From an uncultured delta proteobacterium (GTDB taxonomy: Bacteria; Desulfobacterota; WTBG01; CAIYCZ01; CAIRTM01), in assembly GCA_963804955.1 (NCBI GenBank), contig CAWDSQ010000020.1, forward strand, positions 246,758-310,757: a DNA stretch of 64,000 nucleotides. The letters run 5' to 3'. The notes under the pieces were generated by a model. The model ran no database searches. It was not told the origin of the DNA and saw nothing but the letters and a program-made list of their open reading frames with translations. Position 1 is the stretch's first letter, and each line of letters begins with the position of its first letter. The translations under genes were made by a program, and so were the position numbers. Shown piece after piece: positions 44,894 through 53,248 of the stretch.

Positions 44894-46375
44894 TTAGCTG
44901 TAATCAACATGCTCGAGCAGGTCGGTCCGGCCCACCAGCTCGGTTACGCTTTTCATGCCCATGCGCTGCAATATGTCGACGAGCTGGTAGTTCCAGGCAT
45001 GGTAAAGGTTGGTGAGGCGCTGTGTGGCCCATTCGTCATTGAACAGGTCCGCAAGCTCCGAGTCCGTCGAGGCGATGCCGCGGGCGCAGCCCCGGCCCGA
45101 TTCGCAGTTGCCGCAGCGCACGCACTCAAGAGCGACCATTTCTGCGGTGCCGATAACGGCGCCGTCGGCCCCCAGGCAGATCGCTTTTGCCAGGTCATGG
45201 GCCGTGCGTATGCCGCCCGAAGCGATCAGTGTCACCACATCCCGAGCGCCTTCGTCCCTCAGGAAATTGTGCACCTTCGGGATAGCGTATTCGATGGGCA
45301 TGGCGATATTCTTTTTCGCGATATCGGGCGCCGCGCCCGTTCCGCCGTAGCCGCCGTCGATGTGGATGATGTGGGCGCCGGCATAATAGGACCCGACGGC
45401 TACCATGTCGACGTCATTGGGCGTTGAAACCTTTACCGATACGAGTGCCCGCGGGTTCATTTCCTTGATCCAGTCGATATGCTTTTTGTGGTCCTCGATG
45501 GAGTAGACCGAGTGGAAGGGAAAAGGCGAAAACAGGGGCGTGCCCTTCACGGCCTCGCGCATCCGGGCGACGCTTTCGGTATTTTTTGTCCCGAGCAGAT
45601 GCCCGCCAAGGCCCGGCTTAGCTCCCTGGGCATACTTGAATTCCACGATCTTGACGCGCTGGATCGTTTCCTCGCGCACGCCGAAAAGGCCAGTGGCGAC
45701 CTGGGTGATCACATTATCATCATAGGGATACAGCATTTCCGGATACCCGCCTTCGCCGGTGCAGGTGAAGGTGTTCCATATTTTTGCATTGCGCGCCTTT
45801 GACAGCATCGTCGCAAGGCTCACCGAGCCGAAGGACATGCCGCCGCCATAGACGGGCGTCGAGATCAGCACATCGGCTCGGCCGTCAGCCCTGCGGTTCA
45901 GGCGTATGGCCGTCGAGATTTCCTCGCGATTCACCCTGGGCGGATTTTCCGGGAACTTCAGGCGCAGCTTGTCGAAGCCGCCGCCGGAATTGCCGAGGTT
46001 GTACCCCAGGTCCGTGCGCTCGGGCGGATAGCCGGTTTCGGCCATAATCCAGGTCGCAACGATCATGTCCGAGGTCCAGCGGCAGTCGCCCAGGGCGTCG
46101 TACATGGGATTGAGGGACAGGCTCAGGGCCTTGCGCGGGCACCGGTACACGCAGTAAAACTCATCGTTTTTGCGGCACTCGTAGCCGATGCATTTATAGT
46201 CGATGGGAGGCCGCATTCTGTTGTGCCCCTCGATTCGCTCGTGCACGCCGTAGGGGCAGCTTTTCGCGCACATGCCGCAATTGATACAGGCATCAGACCG
46301 GGTGACCTTGTACTTGGGCACCTGGTGCTTGAACCGCGATGGCATTGGTTTTATGACGACGCTGTCTGGTTTCAT
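44894..46375 (-). CDS. Glutamate synthase FMN-binding subunit with N-terminal ferredoxin (archaeal-type GltS/GltB2)
   Basis: CINCGMCAKSCP, GGMSFGS, TGEGG, EFKYAQGAKPGLGGHL, DGGYGGTGAAP, ASGGIRT, CVRCGNC..GC. Confidence 0.9.
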   Translation of the reverse strand: MKPDSVVIKPMPSRFKHQVPKYKVTRSDACINCGMCAKSCPYGVHERIEGHNRMRPPIDYKCIGYECRKNDEFYCVYRCPRKALSLSLNPMYDALGDCRWTSDMIVATWIMAETGYPPERTDLGYNLGNSGGGFDKLRLKFPENPPRVNREEISTAIRLNRRADGRADVLISTPVYGGGMSFGSVSLATMLSKARNAKIWNTFTCTGEGGYPEMLYPYDDNVITQVATGLFGVREETIQRVKIVEFKYAQGAKPGLGGHLLGTKNTESVARMREAVKGTPLFSPFPFHSVYSIEDHKKHIDWIKEMNPRALVSVKVSTPNDVDMVAVGSYYAGAHIIHIDGGYGGTGAAPDIAKKNIAMPIEYAIPKVHNFLRDEGARDVVTLIASGGIRTAHDLAKAICLGADGAVIGTAEMVALECVRCGNCESGRGCARGIASTDSELADLFNDEWATQRLTNLYHAWNYQLVDILQRMGMKSVTELVGRTDLLEHVDYS

Positions 46376-47769
46376 ACGTTTGCCGCTTCCTGCTTCTGAA
46401 AAAGTTTACCGAAAATGTCCTTATCAATTTCATCAAAAAATATGGCTCTACCCGTTTCGCCCCGCAGTCGCCTGGCCTCACGGATGCCCATCGCTCCCAT
46501 CATTTCAAGAATCTGCGAGTGCCAGGCGCCCATGAGGTTCACGATGCGCTGCCGCGCGACGGCTAGAGGTATGTTGTCGATTCCCTCGGGCATGATTATT
46601 TTCTTTTCCGGCTGCTGGTACACAAGCGCTCCCAGGGCGATGAGCAATGGCAGCCCTACCGCGGTCAGGTCTGCGCCGCATATACAGGCCTTGGGCACGT
46701 GCTCGGCCATGGCGATGCCGCCAGAGGCGATTATCGAGATTTCATCACGCACCCGCTCATCGACCAGCCTCAGGTGAACCGCCTGGATAACATCCTTGAT
46801 ATAACGGTCACCCTGTACTTCCATGCCGCAATAATCGGCGGCGATCTGCACGATCTCAACGCCTGCGCGGACAAGCTCAACCACCCGCTCCTCTATACCG
46901 GAGGCGGCGGGGATGCGCACGATGACCAGCGCCGGGGACAGGTTTTTAACCGATTCGCGAATGCTTGCGAAATTTTTCACCAGGGCATCGCTGTACTCGA
47001 GGGCGATGACCCGGGCATGCCTGATAAGCTCGGCATGGGACAGGACCTGCTCAGCGCTCATCAGCGGTATGATATGCATCATGTACGTGCGCACATCATC
47101 GGTAATAAGCTCTGCCGGTAACATAGCCAGGGAGCCGATATCTTTGGCTGCCGTAACGATCGCTTGCTTGACGGTGGGCCCGATGGGATCCGATGAGAGT
47201 ATGTCGAAAATAATCGGAATTGGCACATCGACAACGTCGAAAATCTTCGACACAAGAGCGCCCGAGCCGTCGAACTCCAGATGGTTGAGCTTCCTGCCCA
47301 GTTCCACGGCGGTGCTGATATATTCGCGGCCGTGAATGCCGTCGCGCGTTGGCCGGACGATCTCGGACATGTCGGTCCACATGCCGTCGAACCCCGGGCC
47401 CGTAAAAGGGCCGCGGTACCCGGCGCCCGATACGGGCACCTTGCCGTCTTCGGCCTGCTTCCAGATGGAAAGGAACATGTCGGGCTTCCAGTACGGCCCG
47501 CCCAGGGCCTGAAACTCGGGCTCAAGGGATTTCACCAGGGCGCCGCGAGGGCATTCCTGGATGCAGCGAAAGCAATTTTTGCATACCACGGTGTACGGGT
47601 CGGCGAGCTTGCGGATATCTGCCTCCGAGCGCTTGTGCGCTTCATAGATGCACACCTTGGTGCACTTGCCGCAGTTGATGCAGTTTTCACCCCGGGTGAT
47701 TTTGAACTTGGCTACGAGTTTCACGTCCAGGGGCGTGGGGTTGATTTCAATGTGATATTTTTTCGGCAT
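46372..47769 (-). CDS. Degenerate glutamate synthase FMN-barrel paralog with 2x[4Fe-4S] ferredoxin domain
   Basis: CINCGKCTKVC, CKNCFRCIQECP, GAGY.GPF.G.GFD, IASGG, MGAMG; lacks MSFG, GEGG, QGAKPG and the Cys cluster. Confidence 0.8.
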   Translation of the reverse strand: MPKKYHIEINPTPLDVKLVAKFKITRGENCINCGKCTKVCIYEAHKRSEADIRKLADPYTVVCKNCFRCIQECPRGALVKSLEPEFQALGGPYWKPDMFLSIWKQAEDGKVPVSGAGYRGPFTGPGFDGMWTDMSEIVRPTRDGIHGREYISTAVELGRKLNHLEFDGSGALVSKIFDVVDVPIPIIFDILSSDPIGPTVKQAIVTAAKDIGSLAMLPAELITDDVRTYMMHIIPLMSAEQVLSHAELIRHARVIALEYSDALVKNFASIRESVKNLSPALVIVRIPAASGIEERVVELVRAGVEIVQIAADYCGMEVQGDRYIKDVIQAVHLRLVDERVRDEISIIASGGIAMAEHVPKACICGADLTAVGLPLLIALGALVYQQPEKKIIMPEGIDNIPLAVARQRIVNLMGAWHSQILEMMGAMGIREARRLRGETGRAIFFDEIDKDIFGKLFQKQEAANV

Positions 47770-47801
47770 ACGCACTACATTCAATAGGATTAGGATCATT
47801 T

Positions 47802-47829
47802 GTAGGGGCGTATGGCCATACGCCCCTCC
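47802..47829. repeat. GTAG-type REP palindrome
   Basis: GTAGGGGCGTATGG/CCATACGCCCCT. Confidence 0.75.
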
Positions 47830-47832
47830 TTC

Positions 47833-49671
47833 TTATGAATTGCGCTCGACCATGTCCCAGTATTCCTTGCTGGCATCTATGGTTTTTAAAAATTCCTTGA
47901 TTTTTTCATCCGGCCTGGCGAAATTGACTTCAAGCCGGCGCTCCAGTGCATCCCAGAGCGTCATCAGGTCGAGGTTGGTTTGGCAGATTTCCTCGCAGGC
48001 CCGGCAGTGCATGCACATATAGGCGTTTGCCGCCTCCTCGGCAGTAACGGGCTGCCCGGCAATGAGCTTTTTGGCAAGTTCAATTTTACCCTTGCCGCTG
48101 ACGGCCTCGTTTTTCAGGACCAGGTAGGCCGGGCACACGGCCATGCAGTTGCCGCACTTGGCGCAGGCATGCGTACTGAGCTCAAGATCAAGGGAGTCGA
48201 GCTTCTTGTCCTTGCCGAAAAGCATGGTCGCGACCGGACCGATTATCGGCGACAGCAGAATAAGCAGGCTCATGGAAAGCCCGAACACCATGGGGTGGAA
48301 CAGCAGTGCCGGAATGTTCATGAACTTCGACCCAACCCGAAGGTGCTTGCCAGGGTTCATGATGCCGTTCGGGTCGGTCTTTACTTTGTAAGCCCGTATT
48401 TCAGCCTGCTGCTCGGTACTAAACAAATGGTTGACGAAAGCGGCATTCCAAATCCCCAGGCCGTAGGGCTTGGCGCCCATGGAAACGGCGGCCTGCGTGA
48501 GCATGGAAACAAGCGGCATGTGGATCATGTACTTGAGTTTCCGTGAGTCGCAGAGAAATGTCGTCATGATAAGGGCGCGGGTCCGGTCCAGGATATAGGA
48601 ATCAATACAGATCTCGGTCCCGTAATACCCCCCGAGTGTTTTAGCCTTATCAATGAAGGCCGCGGCATCAGCTATGGGCAGGACAACTTCGCTTGCCAGC
48701 AGCGTCGGGCCCAGTCGTTTTGCCTTCATGCCGAACAGCCGCTCGTTCCACAAGTATGAGGCGGCATAGGCAGGAGATTGCTCATAGGTGCCGAATTGCC
48801 TGATAAGGTCTAGAAACTGCTGTTCCTCAGCGGTATTTGAAAATTCGACCAGCACGCCAGCCTCTTCCTTGAAGACATTGGCATGCATTATTTCATTGGT
48901 TTCACGCAGGTGATTCGCGTCGATGAATCTGATCACATTGGCAGCTGTTTTCTGCCTGGCTGCCTGGGCTATGAAATCAAAGGCATCCTTGTCGGTTGCG
49001 AAATAAAAAATATGGGCATAGGAGTTTTTCGGCAGTTCGCGAAGCTTGAGGGTCACTTCGGCAATTATACCGAACTGGCCCTCCCTGGAGACGAAAAAAT
49101 CGAATTCCCGGTCAGCGGGCGTCAGCTTTTTCACCTCTCCGGCCGGGGTGACCACGGTCATGGACTGGATCTGTTTAGAAATATGTCCGTAGCGGTAGCT
49201 GTTGATGCCGTAGCCGCCGGTGGCGATCCAGCCGGCAACGGTGGAGAACTTGCTGGAAGGATAGGTCATCAGGCACAGGTCGTCTTTTTTAGCCAGTATG
49301 TCGATGTCGCTCCACCTGGCGCCCGCCTCAACCGTCACGGTCTTGTGTGCTTTATCGAGCACAAGGATTTTGCGCAGCGGCGAAAGGTCGACAACAATGC
49401 CGCCCCGCGTGGGAATAACGCCGCCAAAACCCCATGAAGCAGCGCCGCGCGCAATAACGGGTATTTTCCTTTCATGGGCAAAGGCAAGCACCTTCTGTAT
49501 TTCATCTATGCTCTGCGGCTGGACGACAAAATCAGGCTGCGTTTGAAAAAAAGTCTGTGTCATAATATGCGGCACATCGCCAATATCATGACTGTACATG
49601 TCTTTTTCAGCAGCACTTCCAATAATTTTAATCCCGCCGGCAATAGTTCTGAACTCGTCTTCTGGTTTCAT
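47833..49671 (-). CDS. FAD-binding oxidoreductase (GlcD/D-LDH family) with C-terminal 4Fe-4S dicluster
   Basis: PVIARGAASWGFGG, VTVEAG, STVAGW.ATGGYG, EGQFGII, DPNGIMNPGK, CAKCGNCMAVCP, CMHCRACEEIC. Confidence 0.88.
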   Translation of the reverse strand: MKPEDEFRTIAGGIKIIGSAAEKDMYSHDIGDVPHIMTQTFFQTQPDFVVQPQSIDEIQKVLAFAHERKIPVIARGAASWGFGGVIPTRGGIVVDLSPLRKILVLDKAHKTVTVEAGARWSDIDILAKKDDLCLMTYPSSKFSTVAGWIATGGYGINSYRYGHISKQIQSMTVVTPAGEVKKLTPADREFDFFVSREGQFGIIAEVTLKLRELPKNSYAHIFYFATDKDAFDFIAQAARQKTAANVIRFIDANHLRETNEIMHANVFKEEAGVLVEFSNTAEEQQFLDLIRQFGTYEQSPAYAASYLWNERLFGMKAKRLGPTLLASEVVLPIADAAAFIDKAKTLGGYYGTEICIDSYILDRTRALIMTTFLCDSRKLKYMIHMPLVSMLTQAAVSMGAKPYGLGIWNAAFVNHLFSTEQQAEIRAYKVKTDPNGIMNPGKHLRVGSKFMNIPALLFHPMVFGLSMSLLILLSPIIGPVATMLFGKDKKLDSLDLELSTHACAKCGNCMAVCPAYLVLKNEAVSGKGKIELAKKLIAGQPVTAEEAANAYMCMHCRACEEICQTNLDLMTLWDALERRLEVNFARPDEKIKEFLKTIDASKEYWDMVERNS

Positions 49672-49744
49672 AATGGCTGATCTCTTGGGCTTAAATGTGT
49701 GCGAGTGGCGCTCTTAACTAATAAGTTTATTTCAAATATTAATT

Positions 49745-49760
49745 TGCAAAAGCAATGCCA
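49745..49760 (-). promoter_or_regulatory. sigma54 -24/-12 promoter of the FAD-oxidase/GOGAT-like operon
   Basis: TGGCATTGCTTTTGCA on the minus strand ~75 nt upstream of the ATG. Confidence 0.75.
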
Positions 49761-49868
49761 TGATAAAACAAAACCGGTAACCAATTGATAAATAGGGTAT
49801 TTTTTAAAGAGACGAACAAAAGCAGAAGCAGTTCAGTAGGAGCAGATGGTGCTTGGCTAGCCATATTA

Positions 49869-49903
49869 TTACATTTTTGTAAAGCACCATTTCATTATTG
49901 TAA
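49869..49903. promoter_or_regulatory. Putative activator (UAS) sites
   Basis: TTACATTTTTGTAA (49869-49882) and TTTCATTATTGTAA (49890-49903), between two divergent sigma54 motifs. Confidence 0.55.
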
Positions 49904-50018
49904 TATATTGACTAATATCATTCTGCTCACAGGACTAATGCGCGAGGGAGTTTATAAAAAGAACTAAACTAACATTCTCAACTTGACTGACTTTTTTAGC
50001 TGGCGCCAGCCTGCTCAG

Positions 50019-50033
50019 TGGCACGCCGCTTGC
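50019..50033 (+). promoter_or_regulatory. Orphan sigma54 -24/-12 promoter
   Basis: TGGCACGCCGCTTGC, an exact TGGCAC-N5-TTGC match, with no annotated gene downstream. Confidence 0.65.
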
Positions 50034-50306
50034 GTCGGGCTACGTGCTCATAAAACCGGTTTTTTGTGTGATACGGCACATTCATTCGCACCGCCCTTGC
50101 GACGCTTTGTGTTCCTGAACAGGCTGGCCGGGGCAAGAATTAATACAAGGATTTTCCATGATTCTGTTAAAAGCCAGTCAAGTTGGGTAACATTGAAGCA
50201 TGCCCTTGATGGCTTTCCTGCCTGGTTTGAAAAGACATAATTAAACCGGAACATTACCTGTGCAGTATGCTGAGAGCGGAATAAAGATGTTTTGAGATTT
50301 TACCGT

Positions 50307-50333
50307 AAAAAAAGCTCCCGGAGTCCGGGAGCT
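50307..50333 (-). terminator. Terminator after lipA
   Basis: AGCTCCCGGA/TCCGGGAGCT stem with a U-run on the minus strand. Confidence 0.65.
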
Positions 50334-50347
50334 CGCTATGAAAATGC

Positions 50348-51229
50348 TCAGTTTGAAGGTGTATGGCCATGCCCGATGGCTTTGAGGGCCTCCTCAGCAT
50401 GAAATGAACTGCGGACAAAGGGCGATGAAGCCACATAGCGAAAGCCCATCTCATAGCCCAGCACCCGGTACTCTTCAAAGGCCTCCGGCGTGATGAACTC
50501 CGTGACTTCGAGATTTTCAGCAGCCGGCCGCAGATACTGCCCCAGCGTTAAAAAATCACAGTCAACGCTGCGCAGATCGCGCATTACACCGACAACCTCA
50601 TCGCGCTTCTCGCCCACACCCAGCATAATTCCGGATTTCGTGCAGACTTGCGGATTGAGCTTTTTAGAGTTTGCAAGCACCTGCAGAGAATTCTCATAGC
50701 TGGCGCCCTGCCGCATCGTGAGATACAGGCGCGGCACGGTTTCAAGATTATGCGCCAGGATATCGGGCCTGGCATCAATAACTATTTTTAAATTCTCAAT
50801 TGATGCCTTCAGATCGGGGATAAGGACATCCGTTGTGGCCTCGGGCAGTATGCGGTTAATGGCAGCAATGGTTTTTGCAAACTGCCCTGCCCCGCCGTCG
50901 GGCAGATCATCGCGTGTGACCGATGTAATGACCACATGCTTAAGATTAAGGTCCCGTGAGGCGCGCGCAACATTTTCAGGCTCATCCGGGTCGGGCTCAA
51001 GCGGTTTGCCGGTTTCAACACCGCAGAACGCGCAGTTTCGGGTGCAGATATTCCCGAGAATCATGAATGTTGCAGTGCCAGCCTTAAAGCAGCTGCCCAT
51101 GTTGGGGCAAACGGCGCTTTCGCAGACCGTGTGCAGGTGATAGCGGTCAAGCAGAGCTTTCATTTCGTTCAAAACGCGCTCGTCAACGCCCTTGACGCGT
51201 ATCCATTCAGGCTTTTTTGTTATGACCAC
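50348..51229 (-). CDS. lipA: Lipoyl synthase
   Basis: KPEWIR, TVCESAVCPNMGSC, CTRNCAFC, HNLETV, TKSGIMLG, GQYL.P, VRSSF. Confidence 0.97.
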   Translation of the reverse strand: MVITKKPEWIRVKGVDERVLNEMKALLDRYHLHTVCESAVCPNMGSCFKAGTATFMILGNICTRNCAFCGVETGKPLEPDPDEPENVARASRDLNLKHVVITSVTRDDLPDGGAGQFAKTIAAINRILPEATTDVLIPDLKASIENLKIVIDARPDILAHNLETVPRLYLTMRQGASYENSLQVLANSKKLNPQVCTKSGIMLGVGEKRDEVVGVMRDLRSVDCDFLTLGQYLRPAAENLEVTEFITPEAFEEYRVLGYEMGFRYVASSPFVRSSFHAEEALKAIGHGHTPSN

Positions 51230-51903
51230 GGCAGATCCTCCATTGTAATCGCCTTCGGCTCAGCAGAAAAAATCAGCGCATACTGCTTGACCAATCGCTG
51301 TTTTACCTCATTGATATCAACCTCGCGCCCCAGCACCGTGTTCATGCAGGTAACGCCCTTGTCCACAATGCCGCAGGCAATAATCATTTTATAATGATTC
51401 ATATTGGGATGCACGTTCAGCGCAAATCCGTGCATGGTTATCCAGCCGCTTTTCACCGCTATGCCGATGGCGGCAATTTTTTCACTGCCGACCCAGACGC
51501 CGGGGTGTTTGGGGTCGCGTCCTGAATCAATGCCGTACTCGGCAAGGGTATTGATGAGCAGCTGCTCGACATTGCGGATATAGGCATGTAAATCCTTGCC
51601 GTGCTGCTTCAGATCAAGAATAATGTAGCCGGTGATCTGGCCCGGCCCGTGATAGGTTACATCGCCGCCGCGGTCGGTTTTACACACTTCAATGCCCTGC
51701 TCGGCAAGCAGCTCCTGCGGCGCTAGTATATTTTTAAATGTGGCCTCACGGTTTGCCGTAAATACCGGCGAGTGCTGCAGGAGTATAAACGTATCTTTTA
51801 TTTCATCCCTGCCGCGGGCATCAACCAGCTTTTTCTGCAGCTCGAAAGCCTCATTATAGCCGATCCGGTCTATGTCGATTACCCAGCTTTCACTTTTTTC
51901 CAT
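51220..51903 (-). CDS. lipB: Lipoyl(octanoyl) transferase
   Basis: QHSPVFT, DRGGDVTYHGPGQ, KIAAIG, HGFALNV, IIACG. Confidence 0.95.
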   Translation of the reverse strand: MEKSESWVIDIDRIGYNEAFELQKKLVDARGRDEIKDTFILLQHSPVFTANREATFKNILAPQELLAEQGIEVCKTDRGGDVTYHGPGQITGYIILDLKQHGKDLHAYIRNVEQLLINTLAEYGIDSGRDPKHPGVWVGSEKIAAIGIAVKSGWITMHGFALNVHPNMNHYKMIIACGIVDKGVTCMNTVLGREVDINEVKQRLVKQYALIFSAEPKAITMEDLPWS

Positions 51904-52103
51904 AGTGCTTCCTGTCCTTATCCCCGTGCTCCCTGTACCCTGAATCTTGTCAGTATAACAATGATTGTCTTTTTGCTCAAGGCTGTTTTCCGGCATTCCG
52001 GAATTCTTTGCAGTGATTGCTTGACCTTTACTGCAAAAAAATTTATGTTTGTTGAAAATTTAACAATTTTTACTGCGACTATTAATCAAAGGGGAGCCCT
52101 GCC

Positions 52104-53062
52104 ATGAATCTTCGAACTATGTTTATATGCCTGCTTGCTGTCTGCACGATTCAGGGATGCGCGTTTATTTCAATACCGCTATCGCAAAGAACGCAGCCCC
52201 TGGAGGAAAAGGTGCTTGAAGGCGAAGGCCGCGACAAGATACTGCTCATCGATATTTCAGGCGTCATCTCCTCAGAAAAGAAACGATCATTCGCCGATCT
52301 TGAATGCCGGACCAGATATGGTAGCCCGCGTCAAGGAGGAGCTGACACAGGCTGCCGAGGATGACCGCATCAAGGCCATCATACTTAAAATAAACAGCCC
52401 CGGCGGCACGGTTACGGCAAGCGATATCATCTACAAGGAAATCCTGAAGTTCAAGGAGAAAAATAAAATGCTATGTCACCGCATCGCTTATGGATATTGC
52501 AGCCTCCGGCGGCTACTATATCGCCTGCGCAGCGGATACGATCGTTGCCCACCCCACGACGGTTACGGGCAGCATCGGCGTAATTGCGATGAAATTTAAT
52601 GTTAAGGGCCTTATGGACAAACTGGGTGTGCAGGATGATACCATCAAGGCAGGTGATATGAAGGACATTCTCTCCCCCTTCAGACCCATGACGGCCGAGG
52701 AACGTAAGATCATCCAAGATATCATCGATTCCCTGCACCAGCAGTTTATGGATGCTGTCGTGCAGGGCAGGCAAAGAGCTGTCTCTTGATGAGGTAAAGC
52801 CCCTTGCCGACGGACGGGTCTTTACGGCAAAACAGGCCCTTGATGCCCAGCTTATAGATGATATCGGCTATCTTGATGATGCCATTGATATCACCAAAGA
52901 AGGAAACCGATCTTGAAAGAGGCGCGCATCATCACCTATCGCCGCCCGTTTACTTATAAAAACAATATCTACTCACAGACCAGCTTCAGCATCTTCAATT
53001 TCGGCGAAAACGATTTCATGTCCTACCTGCCCGTGCGGTTCATGTATTTGTGGAACCCGTGA
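52104..53062 (+). CDS. sppA: Signal peptide peptidase SppA, lipoprotein (several frameshifts)
   Basis: Lipobox IQGC, INSPGG, AASGGYYIA, TGSIGV, DGRVFT. Confidence 0.9.
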
Positions 53063-53116
53063 CAGCCGTTATTGCAATGTTGCATATGCACCAAAATAAT
53101 GCGCTTTTACATCAAT

Positions 53117-53158
53117 AAGCAACGGGTCCAATGCATGGCATTGGACCCGTTGCTTTTT
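53117..53158. terminator. Terminator between convergent genes
   Basis: 18-bp perfect stem AAGCAACGGGTCCAATGC/GCATTGGACCCGTTGCTT followed by Ts. Confidence 0.75.
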
Positions 53159-53248
53159 GATGCCCCCCCCGTTCACCCTGATAAAAGATAAACGGGGCAT
53201 GTTCTGTTATGGGATCAGATATAAGGCGTCAGCGGACCCTGCCTGCTC

